From positions 2,208,001 through 2,272,000 of the forward strand of contig OZ242374.1 of NCBI GenBank assembly GCA_965209055.1: a DNA stretch of 64,000 nucleotides. The letters are read 5' to 3'. A program made the translations under genes and the position numbers. The notes beneath the pieces were generated by a model, which saw only the letters and a list, made by a program, of their open reading frames with translations, was not told the DNA's origin and ran no database searches. Source of the DNA: Acidobacteriota bacterium (GTDB lineage Bacteria > Acidobacteriota > UBA6911 > RPQK01 > JAJDTT01). The first letter of the stretch is position 1. Each line of letters opens with the position of its first letter. Shown one piece after another: positions 18,947 through 28,707 of this stretch.

Positions 18947-21754
18947 TCATTGCGTCGGCACATATTGAATGTGCCGGATCCTGGGCGTGAACGAGTACAG
19001 TTCCGCCCTCTCAAGATGGAAACGCAGGCGGATGGGCCGGCCCTGGATCGGGTGGCAGTCCCGATTCCCGTTCCATTCCAGGACGTGCCGGACGCTGTCG
19101 GTGGTGAGGGGCTTGCAGTCTTCTCGGCCGAATCCCTCGATGACCCTTCCGTCCGGAGCCAGGACCTCCACCCGGATCGTCCCGCCTTCCGCGTCGGCGT
19201 TGACCTCCAACTCGTCGCCGATGAACACGAGGGGCTTGGTGGTGAGGGTTCCGGCTTTCGCAGCCTGGACTGCGACGAAGCCGTCCAGCCGCAGCGTGGC
19301 CAAGCCGACTCCGCTGGACTCCGTGTCGCCGTGGTAGCGGACTCCCCCGTGTCGGGTGGTGCTTCCCAGGTAGTAGATCCGGATCTGGTCGCCGACCGCC
19401 AGCGGCGGCTGAAAGGCGTAGACGCTGCCCCAATCCCAGTCCTGGCCATGCTCGCCGTAGGAGAGGATGGCGGATTCCCGGGCGATCCTCCGCCAGTCGC
19501 GCCCATCCTGTTCCAACTGGCCATGGGGGATGGCGCCCCGGGGTCCGACCCGGGTCCAGGTGAGGCCGTTGCGGCTGAAGGTCAACTGGGTGTCGGCCTT
19601 GTCCATCCAGAGCTTGTCCGCCGGGATGAGCGCGTCGGTCTGACCGTGGTAGGCCTCCAGCAATCCGATGTAGACCCCGTCGTAGAGCATGATCTTCATC
19701 CCGTAGTGCTGGGTTGCGAACGGCTCGTCCATCCTGGTCCGGCGGATCACAGTGAGCTTGGGAGACCAGTGAATGAAGTCCTCGCTCTGGGTTCTGGCGA
19801 TGAGCCGGATGTTGGGAGGGCCGAAGCGAAGGTAGCTCACGTAGGCGCCGGATCGCGGATCCCAGTGGACGGAGCAGATGGTGTCGCTGTGGGGAACCAC
19901 CGGGTTCAGGGGCTCCGGCGTCCAGCGGATGCCGTCGGGCGAGTAGGCGACGAAGGTGGCCCAGCCGTTGGGGACCTTGGGGTCCACGCCGCCGTACATC
20001 ATCTTGTAGCGGCGCCGGGGATCCGGATCGGCCGGGTCCTTGAAGACGGCCGGAGGATTGGCGTGGACGGGAGCGTCGGCGAGGTTGTTCCCGTCCCGGG
20101 TGTTGATGATCGGTTTGTCCCAGGCCAGTCCGTCCCGTGAGGTGGCATACCCCAGAACGCCCTCGATCTCCCAGCCGTCCGCCGTCTTCTCCTCCTTGAC
20201 GAAGTAGGGGTACCACATCTTGAAGATCCCCTCCGGCTCGTCATAGAGGACCGCGCCCCGGTTGAGCTTCTGGGTCTCCCAGGGCCGGTCGGGGACCATC
20301 AGGGGATTGCCGCGGTGCTTCACGGCCCGCTTCAGGACTCTGCGGGCTCCCTTGAGCTCCTGGATGATGTGGTCGTCGATAAACAACTCCTTGCCGCTGA
20401 CGATGACGGCGTCCCCCAGGATCGCGTCGTCCAAGTCCCGGAACGGTCCCGAAGCCGACGGCTCGGGGATGCCATCCCTCGCGGTGGTTCGTTCCCTCCG
20501 CCTCACGTCACCGGCGTCCGGCTGAGGCCCCTCGTTTCGCCACCAGCGCAGTTCCTGGCTCCCGCGCTCGGCGCAGGCGACGATGTCGAGCCTCCCGTCG
20601 CCGTTCAGGTCGGCCAGCAGCAATTGATTGGCGCTGCGCCAATCCTCCTTCAGGACCCGGGTCCGCCAGGGACGGCCTGGGAGGCCCGGGTTTTCGAACC
20701 ACGCGACACGGCCGGGAGAACGCCAGGACGTGGCCGCGGCGTCGAGGTCTCCGTCTCCATCCAAATCGCCGGCCACCACTTCGAAGGCGTCCTGAAAACC
20801 CCGGGCCAGCACGTGCTTGGGCCAGGCTCCCGCCGCTGGGTTTCCGGTGTTTTCGTACCAGGCGACCTGATGGGTGTTGGTGTCCCCGGGATCCGCGTGC
20901 ATGCCCAGGGCCATGACAATGTCCATGTCGCCGTCGCGGTCCATGTCCACCGGCTGTCCGTGGGTCGGGTAAGGCGTCTCGGCGTCCACGGAATGACGCT
21001 TCCACGACACGTTTCCGCGGTCCCGGCCTCTCTGGTTCTCGTACCAGACCACCAGGTCCGCCTCATGAACCGTGGCCAGCAGGTCCTGGTCGCCGTCTCC
21101 GTCGAAGTCGGCGGCCCGGATGGTCAGGGTCTGGGCGGGGCCGTTGTCCCGTGCGCGAAGATCGTCCTCGATGCGGTGCCGCGGCCAGCCGCCGGTTCCG
21201 GGCCATCCCCGGTTCTCGAACCAGAAGAAGTGACTCCCCTTCCAGGCCGATGCGGCGGCATCCATGTCTCCGTCCCCGTCCAGATCGGCCAGCTCCACGT
21301 CGTAGGCGTAGGGCATGGCGCGGGTGATCACGAGACGCTGCCACAGCCGGCCGTCCCCCGGGTTCCCGCCATTGCGAAACCAGAGCAGGTTGCCATGGAG
21401 GTTCTTGACCGCCACCACGTCCAGGTTGCCGTCACCGTCCACGTCACCGATGGCGTGGCGCTCCAGGCGTTCGGGGTCGTCTCTGGCGATGAAATGCCGC
21501 CGGAAGTTTCCGGAGCCGTCGTTCTCCAGCCAGTAGAGGGAATCGTGTCCGAAGGCGTCGGAGCTGGTCAGGTCCAGGTCGCCGTCGCCGTCCAGGTCCG
21601 CCGCCGCCACGCCGAAGGCATAGGTGTAGTCGTCGAGGATCAGGTGCTCGGAGAACCTGGTGGCGTGTCCCGGCAGGGAAGAGCCGGGAACCAGGATGGC
21701 CAGGATGAAGAGAATCGGAAGTCGGGTGGGACCGGCCGGAAAGGCGAGACTCAT
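18947..21754 (-). CDS. Exported fusion protein: FG-GAP/VCBS-repeat propeller + Asp-box five-bladed glycosidase-like propeller with beta-sandwich
   Basis: Signal peptide; repeated DLDGDGDLD...WFEN; then ELFIDDHII, PWE, ATSRDGLAW, SPDGIRW, LRLDGFV, IRLRFHL. Confidence 0.8.
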   Translation of the reverse strand: MSLAFPAGPTRLPILFILAILVPGSSLPGHATRFSEHLILDDYTYAFGVAAADLDGDGDLDLTSSDAFGHDSLYWLENDGSGNFRRHFIARDDPERLERHAIGDVDGDGNLDVVAVKNLHGNLLWFRNGGNPGDGRLWQRLVITRAMPYAYDVELADLDGDGDMDAAASAWKGSHFFWFENRGWPGTGGWPRHRIEDDLRARDNGPAQTLTIRAADFDGDGDQDLLATVHEADLVVWYENQRGRDRGNVSWKRHSVDAETPYPTHGQPVDMDRDGDMDIVMALGMHADPGDTNTHQVAWYENTGNPAAGAWPKHVLARGFQDAFEVVAGDLDGDGDLDAAATSWRSPGRVAWFENPGLPGRPWRTRVLKEDWRSANQLLLADLNGDGRLDIVACAERGSQELRWWRNEGPQPDAGDVRRRERTTARDGIPEPSASGPFRDLDDAILGDAVIVSGKELFIDDHIIQELKGARRVLKRAVKHRGNPLMVPDRPWETQKLNRGAVLYDEPEGIFKMWYPYFVKEEKTADGWEIEGVLGYATSRDGLAWDKPIINTRDGNNLADAPVHANPPAVFKDPADPDPRRRYKMMYGGVDPKVPNGWATFVAYSPDGIRWTPEPLNPVVPHSDTICSVHWDPRSGAYVSYLRFGPPNIRLIARTQSEDFIHWSPKLTVIRRTRMDEPFATQHYGMKIMLYDGVYIGLLEAYHGQTDALIPADKLWMDKADTQLTFSRNGLTWTRVGPRGAIPHGQLEQDGRDWRRIARESAILSYGEHGQDWDWGSVYAFQPPLAVGDQIRIYYLGSTTRHGGVRYHGDTESSGVGLATLRLDGFVAVQAAKAGTLTTKPLVFIGDELEVNADAEGGTIRVEVLAPDGRVIEGFGREDCKPLTTDSVRHVLEWNGNRDCHPIQGRPIRLRFHLERAELYSFTPRIRHIQYVPTQ

Positions 21755-23013
21755 CGGGAGCCGCTTGCCTGGGAGCGTCCCGGCGGCCCCAGGTTTCGCC
21801 ACCAGCGCAGTTCCTGGGTGCCCTTTTCGGCACACGCCGCGATGTCCAGTCGGCCGTTGCCGTCCAGGTCCGCGATCAGGATCTGATTGGCGCTCCGCCA
21901 GTTCTCCTTCAATAGATGCAGGGTCCAAGGCTCGCCTTGGCGGCCGTGATTCCGGAACCACGCCACCCGGCCCGGGGTCCGCCACGAAGTGGCAGCCGCG
22001 TCCAGGTCGCCGTCGCCGTCCAGGTCCCCCGCCACCACCTCGAAGGCGTCCTGAAATCCGTCCCGGATCAGGTGCTTGGGCCAGGCGCCCGCAGCCGGAG
22101 TCCCGTTGTTCTCGTACCACGCGATCTGGTGAGTGGTCCTGTCCCCGGGCTTCCCGTGCATGCCCATGGCCATCAGGATGTCCAGGTCGCCGTCACCGTC
22201 CATGTCCACCGGCTGTCCGTGGATGGGATTGCGGGTGCGGCCGTCCACGACGTGTTTGGTCCAGAGGACGGGGGTCGGCTGCAAGCGCGGCCACGGCGCC
22301 TCGGTCGCCGTGGAGCGCCGGTTTTCATACCAGACGGTGAGGTCGGCCCCGGGCGCGGTGCCCAGGAGGTCCAGGTCCCCATCCCCGTCGAAGTCCCCGG
22401 CCCGCATGGCCCGGGTCCGGGAGGGTCCGTTGTCGCGGCCGCGGATATCGGCCTCGATCCGGTGCCTGGGCCAGCCTCTACGCCCCGGCCAGCCCGTATT
22501 CTCGAACCAGTAGAAGTGGGCTCCCTTCCAGCCGGAGGCGGCCGCATCCAGATCGCCGTCGCCGTCCAGGTCGCCCAGCACCACGTCGTAGGCGTAGGGC
22601 ATACCCTGGGTGAGGACGACCCTCTGCCAGAGCCGGCCATCCTGGGGCGTCCCGTTGTTCCGGAACCAGAGGAGGTCTCCGTAGAGGTTCTTGACGATGA
22701 CCACGTCCAGGTCCCCGTCACCGTCGACGTCCCCCAGGGCATGGCGTTCCAGCCGCTCGGGATCGTCTCGTTGAATGAAAAACTTCGTGAATTCTCCGGT
22801 CCCGTCGTTCTGGAACCAGTAGAGGGAATCGTGCCCGAAGGCGTCGGCGCTGGTCAGGTCCACGTCGCCGTCGCCGTCCAGGTCGCCGGCTCCGACTCCG
22901 TAGGTGTAGGTGTAGCCGTCCTGGATCAGGTGCTCCGAGAATCGTGGCGCCTGGGCCAGGAGCGGTGGTGCCAGAAAGAAGGCGGTGAAAACGAGGGCAA
23001 CAGCGCCGTTCAT
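21751..23013 (-). CDS. Exported FG-GAP/VCBS-repeat beta-propeller protein
   Basis: RBS AAGGAG; signal peptide; seven DxDGDGDLD-type repeats; close paralog of the N-terminal half of the downstream gene. Confidence 0.85.
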   Translation of the reverse strand: MNGAVALVFTAFFLAPPLLAQAPRFSEHLIQDGYTYTYGVGAGDLDGDGDVDLTSADAFGHDSLYWFQNDGTGEFTKFFIQRDDPERLERHALGDVDGDGDLDVVIVKNLYGDLLWFRNNGTPQDGRLWQRVVLTQGMPYAYDVVLGDLDGDGDLDAAASGWKGAHFYWFENTGWPGRRGWPRHRIEADIRGRDNGPSRTRAMRAGDFDGDGDLDLLGTAPGADLTVWYENRRSTATEAPWPRLQPTPVLWTKHVVDGRTRNPIHGQPVDMDGDGDLDILMAMGMHGKPGDRTTHQIAWYENNGTPAAGAWPKHLIRDGFQDAFEVVAGDLDGDGDLDAAATSWRTPGRVAWFRNHGRQGEPWTLHLLKENWRSANQILIADLDGNGRLDIAACAEKGTQELRWWRNLGPPGRSQASGSR

Positions 23014-23113
23014 GGTGTCTCCTTAGCCCGCAATCTGTCACAGTCGGTGTCCCATTGCAACGGGCCGAACGGTGACGCCCACAGGATTGGGAGTGACAGG
23101 TACGAAAGAAGGT

Positions 23114-23371
23114 ATGTTGCCAATCCATCACTTCACACTGATTGTCGATGGTGCCGACCTGCAGGATGATGCGGTCATCGACGCGTTGTTCGAAGCGGGG
23201 TGCGACGACGCGACGGTTGGCCGAACCGACGGAATCCAATATCTCGACTTTGACCGCGAAGCAGCCACCCGGGCCGAGGCGATCCGATCAGCAGTGACCG
23301 GTGTAGAACGTGTCGATGGTGTCCATGTCGTTCGGATTGCAACCGCCGAACCGCGACCTGCGGTTACGTGA
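23114..23371 (+). CDS. Small hypothetical protein resembling the N-terminal domain of putative antitoxins/regulators
   Basis: RBS GAAGG; HFTLIVDG..DALFEAGCDDATVG..YLDFDREA..AIRSAV motif. Confidence 0.6.
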   Translation: MLPIHHFTLIVDGADLQDDAVIDALFEAGCDDATVGRTDGIQYLDFDREAATRAEAIRSAVTGVERVDGVHVVRIATAEPRPAVT

Positions 23372-23394
23372 GACTTTGTTTCGCGAAACGGGTC

Positions 23395-25131
23395 TCAGTC
23401 GGAATGCGGAGCTTGTTCGATTGCCTGTTCTTGTCGAGTGGGTCCCGCAGCGCCACCGCCGGGACGGGATGAGTATGACCTGCCGCGCACCTCTCGTCCC
23501 TTGAGGCGAAGAGGTTCGAGCTCCGCCCCCTCCTTTAGACGGTAGTGAAGATTGGCCGCGACTCCGTCAAAGGTCTGTACCGCGCCGCTACGCCAACGGA
23601 CGATCAGCTTCTTCGCCTCCGCCAACTCTCCCAGGCCGAAGTGAAGGCGGAAGTCGTTGGTGGCCTGGTAGCTGGATCCCCCCTGGACCTCCTGCAACTG
23701 GCTCCAGTCCCCGGCCTGAAGGATCACCCGGGTGCCGATGGCGCTCCGGTTTGAGGGTTGTCCCTCCAGTGCCAGGTTCAGCCAGTGTCCGGCGCCTCCC
23801 GCGCCCTCGTTGCGGTAAAGGGAGGCGCGTTCGTCCAGGTTGTTGACGGCCACGTCCAGGTCGCCGTCATTGTCGAAATCGGCGAAGGCCGCTCCCCGGC
23901 TGGACCAGGGCCGGGAGAGGTCCTCGCCCCATTCCCCGGCCGTCTCCCGGAATTTCCCGTTCCCCTGATTCCGAAAGAGGAGCTTGCGCTGGGCGAAGCG
24001 GGTGCCCGTCTCGTAGCCGTCCACCTGCGGATAGATGTGCCCGTTGGAAACGAACAGATCCAGCCAGCCGTCGTTGTCCAGATCGGCGAATTGGACTCCC
24101 CAGCCGAGGAACTGCCAACTGGGGAAGGCCACTTCCGCAGCGTAGGTGACGTCTCGAAACAGCCGTCCTCTCCGGTTGCGGTAAAGGGTGTGGTAATCGT
24201 CCGAGAAATTGGTCACATAGAGATCCAGAAAGCCGTCCCGGTCATAATCGCCGAAGGCCACTCCCATGCCCGCCTGCTCCCGGCCGTCCTGGTTGTAGGC
24301 GACTCCTCCCAGCGCCGCTACCTCCAGGAAACGTCCGTCCCCCCGGTTTTGGAACAGGAAGTTGGCCATGGAGTCGTTGGCCACGTAGAGGTCCGGGTCG
24401 CCGTCGTTGTCGTAGTCGCCCCAGACGGCTCCGAGGCCGTAGGCGGGAGTCACCGCCAGGCCCGCCTCGGAAGTCACTTGGGTGAAGGTCCCGTCGCCGC
24501 GGTTTCGGTAGAGCGCGTCGGGGGCGGCGGTCATCTCTTTGGGGCCGCAGTGGACCGTGATCCCCCGGTAGTTGCACTCGGGCGGGCGCGGGGAATGGGG
24601 ATCGAATACCACATAGTTGGTGACGTAAAGGTCGATCCACCCGTCCCCGTCGTAGTCGCTGAAGGCGGCCGACGAGCTCCAGCGGGAATTCCCGGCGCCG
24701 CTCGTGGCGGTGACGTCGGTGAAGGTGCCATCGCCGTTGTTTCTATAGAGGATGTTGGGACCGAAGTTGCACAGGTAGAGGTCGGGCCAGCCGTCGTTGT
24801 CCACGTCGCCCACCGCGGCTCCCATGCCCCAGTGGGGACTGGTCAGGCCGGATCCGGCAGTGACGTCGGCGAAGGTGCCGTCGCCGTTGTTGCGGTAGAG
24901 GGCGTTGGAGACGCTCCGCGTGCCGGCCAGCAGCTCGTCCCACTTGCCTCCGTTCACCAGGTAGAGGTCGGGCCAGCCGTCCCGGTCGTAGTCGATCCAG
25001 GCGACCCCGCCACCGATGGTCTCCAGGATGTAATTCTTCTCGGGACCTCCGCTGTGGTGCTGAAAATCGAGGCCCGCCTCAGGGGCGATGTCCAGGAAAC
25101 GGATGCTCAGCAGAAGAAGGAACGGGATCAT
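23395..25131 (-). CDS. CRTAC1 family protein (FG-GAP repeats + ASPIC/UnbV)
   Basis: ETIGGGVAWIDYDRDGWPDLY, NALYRNNGDGTF, SRGAAFADFDNDGDLD, NRSAIGTRV, GSSYQA..LHFGLG. Confidence 0.9.
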   Translation of the reverse strand: MIPFLLLLSIRFLDIAPEAGLDFQHHSGGPEKNYILETIGGGVAWIDYDRDGWPDLYLVNGGKWDELLAGTRSVSNALYRNNGDGTFADVTAGSGLTSPHWGMGAAVGDVDNDGWPDLYLCNFGPNILYRNNGDGTFTDVTATSGAGNSRWSSSAAFSDYDGDGWIDLYVTNYVVFDPHSPRPPECNYRGITVHCGPKEMTAAPDALYRNRGDGTFTQVTSEAGLAVTPAYGLGAVWGDYDNDGDPDLYVANDSMANFLFQNRGDGRFLEVAALGGVAYNQDGREQAGMGVAFGDYDRDGFLDLYVTNFSDDYHTLYRNRRGRLFRDVTYAAEVAFPSWQFLGWGVQFADLDNDGWLDLFVSNGHIYPQVDGYETGTRFAQRKLLFRNQGNGKFRETAGEWGEDLSRPWSSRGAAFADFDNDGDLDVAVNNLDERASLYRNEGAGGAGHWLNLALEGQPSNRSAIGTRVILQAGDWSQLQEVQGGSSYQATNDFRLHFGLGELAEAKKLIVRWRSGAVQTFDGVAANLHYRLKEGAELEPLRLKGREVRGRSYSSRPGGGAAGPTRQEQAIEQAPHSD

Positions 25132-25170
25132 GAGTGACCATATGGTTCCCCAGGAAAACCTCAGTGTCGA

Positions 25171-25207
25171 GTGCTGCCGGTCGGCCGCCCGCATCGACCG
25201 GAATCAA
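25171..25207 (-). pseudogene. Remnant of a PIN/VapC toxin start
   Basis: TTG overlapping the antitoxin stop reads LIPVDAG; a shifted frame reads AADRQH, matching the typical PIN start MILVDAGPLVAL..ADRQH with the middle deleted. Confidence 0.45.
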
Positions 25208-25452
25208 GAGCCGCCTCCTTTTCGCTGCAGCAGGGATTCGGCGAACGCGCGTCCCGATCTCCGGGCGCGTTCACCTTTGCTCTGAATGGTTCCGGCGACA
25301 TCGATCACCCTTGCATCAAGCCGGTCTCCCAGGATGGAACGGCAACGATCCTGCACCGCCCGGCGGATGATGCTGGAGACCGATTCACCGCTGATTCGTG
25401 CCGCCTCTTCAAGTTCGGATTCCATCTGTTCACTTAGTCGCACGCGCTTCAT
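25204..25452 (-). CDS. Ribbon-helix-helix (CopG-like) antitoxin-type protein
   Basis: 82 aa; RVRLSEQMESELEEAARISGESVSSIIRRAV RHH pattern. Confidence 0.75.
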   Translation of the reverse strand: MKRVRLSEQMESELEEAARISGESVSSIIRRAVQDRCRSILGDRLDARVIDVAGTIQSKGERARRSGRAFAESLLQRKGGGS

Positions 25453-25546
25453 CTTTTCCCTTTTGTTTCACAATAATGGGGAAAGTCCCGAACCGGAAGC
25501 CCATTGACCCCGGTCCGGGCGACGCAGACAATTGCAGGGATGTCTT

Positions 25547-25579
25547 TGGGTTGTCCAAAACCCATGCCACTTTCATAAT
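25547..25579 (+). promoter_or_regulatory. sigma70-type promoter with overlapping palindrome
   Basis: TTGTCC-N17-CATAAT; TGGGTT-N6-AACCCA inverted repeat covers the -35. Confidence 0.45.
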
Positions 25580-25627
25580 GGACTTCCAGCACTCACCTGA
25601 TAGCCAGAAGTTGATGGAGAAGAAAAA

Positions 25628-27103
25628 ATGACGAAACAGTGGAAGCGCCGGAGTTTTCTCAGCACTGCGGGCCGCGTTGCGGCGGGGTTGGTGATTCTCC
25701 CCAACAGCCGTTCGGTCCGGGGCTACCCGGCCAACGAAAGGCTCAATATCGCCGTTGTCGGCGTCGGCGGCATGGGGGCGTGGAACCTTGCCCACTTCGC
25801 GGGGGAGAACGTGGAGTACTCGACGGGTATGAGGGTCAAGCCGTCGTCACAGCCGAAGATGACCGGAGAGAACATCGTGGCGATCTGCGACACGGACGAG
25901 CGGTCAGCCGGCGAATCGGCTCCCAGGCGCCGGAATCCTCCCGGGCACGCCCTCGCCCGCTATGGACAAGCGAAGAAGTTCAACGACTACCGGCAGATGC
26001 TCGACGAGATGGACCGCGAGATCGACGCCGTGGTGGTGTCTACTCCCGATCACACCCACGCGCCGGCCAGTCTTGCGGCGATGCAGCGCGGCAAGCACGT
26101 CTACAGCGAAAAGCCGGGAGCCATCTCGGTCTACGAAGCCCGCATGCTGGCCAAGCTCGCTGCCGAGAAGAAGGTGGCGACGCAGTTGGGAACCCAGATC
26201 CACGCCTCGGACAACTTCCGCCGCATCGTCGAGCTGGTCCGCGGCGGAGCCATCGGCGCGGTGGAGGAATGCCATATCTATGTCGGCGGGAGACGCAGGA
26301 CGCGCGAACGCCCGACGGAGACGCCGCCCGTCCCCAAAGGGCTTCACTGGGACCTCTTCGTGGGAACGGCGCCTTACCGTCCCTATCATCCCACCTATTC
26401 CCGCGGCTGCGGCGGCAACTGGCAGGGCTGGTGGGATTTCGGCATCGGGGGTCTCGGCAACACCGCCACCCACTACTTCAACCTGGCCTTCTGGGCGCTG
26501 GATCTCCGTTATCCCATCTCGGTGGAGGCCGAGGGGCCGCCACCGCATCCTGAGAGGTCTCCCGAGCAGATCCATGTCCGCTACCGGTTCCCGGCCCGCG
26601 GAGAGATGCCGCCCGTCACCCTGACCTGGACGCGAGGCGATCAACTGCCTCCGGTGGTTGCCGAGAACGACTTCCCCGACTGGGCCTGGGGGGTCTTCGT
26701 GGGCACCGAGGGAATGCTGCTGGTGAATTACCCGCAGCGGATGCTCTGGCCTGCGGACAAGTTCGCCAAATTCCAGCCGCCCAAGCCCAGCATCCCGCCC
26801 TCCATCGGCAAGGAAATCGGCCGTCGTCCCGAGTGGATGGCCGCCTACAAGCATCACGAGGAATGGCGTCGAACGGCCGAGGTGGGCCATCGCGCCGAGT
26901 GGATCGCCGCCTGCAAGACAGGGAGCCCGACGAGCAGCCACTTCGGCTATTCCGGGCCCCTCTCGGAGGCGGTCAACCTGGGCGTTGTGGCCCACCGCAG
27001 CGGCGCCAAACTCGAGTGGGACGCCGAGAACCTGCGGGTGACCAACTCTCCGGAGGCGACCGCGTTGCTGAGACGGGAATACCGGGCCGGTTGGACGTTG
27101 TAA
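25628..27103 (+). CDS. Tat-exported Gfo/Idh/MocA family oxidoreductase
   Basis: KRRSFL; VGVGGMG; DAVVVSTPDHTH; GKHVYSEKP; C-terminal REYRAGWTL. Confidence 0.9.
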   Translation: MTKQWKRRSFLSTAGRVAAGLVILPNSRSVRGYPANERLNIAVVGVGGMGAWNLAHFAGENVEYSTGMRVKPSSQPKMTGENIVAICDTDERSAGESAPRRRNPPGHALARYGQAKKFNDYRQMLDEMDREIDAVVVSTPDHTHAPASLAAMQRGKHVYSEKPGAISVYEARMLAKLAAEKKVATQLGTQIHASDNFRRIVELVRGGAIGAVEECHIYVGGRRRTRERPTETPPVPKGLHWDLFVGTAPYRPYHPTYSRGCGGNWQGWWDFGIGGLGNTATHYFNLAFWALDLRYPISVEAEGPPPHPERSPEQIHVRYRFPARGEMPPVTLTWTRGDQLPPVVAENDFPDWAWGVFVGTEGMLLVNYPQRMLWPADKFAKFQPPKPSIPPSIGKEIGRRPEWMAAYKHHEEWRRTAEVGHRAEWIAACKTGSPTSSHFGYSGPLSEAVNLGVVAHRSGAKLEWDAENLRVTNSPEATALLRREYRAGWTL

Positions 27104-27122
27104 ATCCGATTGAGAATCCGGT

Positions 27123-28646
27123 TCAGCGGAAGCGCAACGAAAAGAGGTCGGCGTCGGTCATGACGAACCTCAGGCGCACAGTCATGCCGGCCAAGCGCCG
27201 GAGTTGGTCCCGATTCCGGCCGCCGGCCCGGCGCCACCGCGCGGTTCCCTCGATTTCGTCTCCCCAGATGGGGATCGAGTCCTGGAGGGAGAAGCCGGCC
27301 AACGGTTTTCCGCCCTCATCCTGGATCTCCACCTGAATGCTTCCCGCCGCCGCCGTGGCGTAGTTCAACACCAGGTTCTTTCCTTGAAAAACCAGGGGCC
27401 GGGTCGTGAACTCGCCGCCGGGATAACCGGCGCTGACCGAGACGAACCCGTCCAGCCTCAGGCTCATCCGCTGCAGGTGGACGCTGGGATAGGTGTAGTG
27501 ACGGGTCACGTACAGCGAGATCTCGTCATCCGCGCTCCGGATGATTCCACGGCCCACGAAGTTGGTCCGGTGGATCCAATTCCGCCGGTCCCGTCCGGGC
27601 CGGATGAAGGCCTCCACGAAACGATGCCAGCGCAGGCCGTCGCGGCTGCTCATGAAGACCCCTTCGGAGAGCCCCGGCCGCTCGGTGGCGCTGGCGTAGT
27701 CGTAGTGTTGGGGACTCCTCCAGGGCACGAACCGCTTGGGAAAAGCCACGTAGATGTGGGGAGCGCGAAAATAGGGGACGGTCGCGTTGGTGTAGAGATG
27801 CTCCTGAGGCGCGTCTCCGTAATCGACCCACGAGCCCTCGGTCCATTCGACGAAGTCCTTCGAGGTGGCGTATTTGAGTGAGCGCACCCCGTGGGCGAAG
27901 TCCCGGTACAGCGCCACGTAGTGTCCCCGGACGCCGTCCCAGAAGGCCACGTTGTGGGAATCGAAATACCCGTCGGTGATGACCGGGTCCCGGGCCATCC
28001 AGGTCCAGCGCACGCCGTCGGAGGACTGGAGGGGAATCAGGCCTCTCTCCTTCGAGTGGGGCGGGGCGCCGGGAACGGTCCGGTAGAAGCCGATCCCCTT
28101 GTAACGGGCCGAATCGGGAGCATCGGGGTTCTCGTCGCGAAAGGGATTGAGCTTGGTGACGCCCCCCAAGTCCAGAATGTTGTTGTCCCGCGAGCCCTGA
28201 AATTCCACTTGGCCCAGAGAGGGCCGGGTCCAGTGAATGCCGTCCCGGCTCTCGGCGTAGCAAGTCACCTTCGGGTGCTGGGGAACGATCTTTTCTCCCG
28301 GAAGCAGTTCCTCCCGGATGATGTAGTCCGGGTGGGCGCTGCCGCGGTAGTACAAGCGATAGATGCCGCCGTCGCGGAAGGCGGCGATATGGCCCGGAGT
28401 GTTTCCCTCCCAGGGCTGGTCGAAGTGGAATACCTTCTCCCGGGGTTGAGGTTGCCCCAGCTCCAGTTCTACGCCGTCCATGACTTCGATGAGATACCGG
28501 TCCACAAAGAGTTCCAGGCGGTTCCCGATGTCCAGGACCTCCGGGGAGCTTTCTTGCGGTTGGGACGCCAGGGCGCCCGTCGGGTCGAGCGCAACGGCGG
28601 CCGCCAGAAATGACCAGAGCAGCGATCGAGTCGAGAGATCCTTCAT
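27123..28646 (-). CDS. Exported Asp-box five-bladed propeller, glycosidase-like hypothetical protein
   Basis: Signal peptide; ELFVDRYLI, PWEG, CYAESRDGIHW, FDSHNVAFWD, SSRDGLRW, LRLDGFVS, VRLRF. Confidence 0.75.
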   Translation of the reverse strand: MKDLSTRSLLWSFLAAAVALDPTGALASQPQESSPEVLDIGNRLELFVDRYLIEVMDGVELELGQPQPREKVFHFDQPWEGNTPGHIAAFRDGGIYRLYYRGSAHPDYIIREELLPGEKIVPQHPKVTCYAESRDGIHWTRPSLGQVEFQGSRDNNILDLGGVTKLNPFRDENPDAPDSARYKGIGFYRTVPGAPPHSKERGLIPLQSSDGVRWTWMARDPVITDGYFDSHNVAFWDGVRGHYVALYRDFAHGVRSLKYATSKDFVEWTEGSWVDYGDAPQEHLYTNATVPYFRAPHIYVAFPKRFVPWRSPQHYDYASATERPGLSEGVFMSSRDGLRWHRFVEAFIRPGRDRRNWIHRTNFVGRGIIRSADDEISLYVTRHYTYPSVHLQRMSLRLDGFVSVSAGYPGGEFTTRPLVFQGKNLVLNYATAAAGSIQVEIQDEGGKPLAGFSLQDSIPIWGDEIEGTARWRRAGGRNRDQLRRLAGMTVRLRFVMTDADLFSLRFR

Positions 28647-28707
28647 GATTCGGAATTCTACATGCAGCGCCGCCCTCCTTTCCGTATTCTTTGCCCCGAG
28701 GAACGAG

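Noticed and set aside
23014-23110. Toxin remnant (ARNLSQSVSHC) upstream of the 23114 ORF
   Set aside because: Resemblance to small toxin C-termini is too short to distinguish from chance without a search
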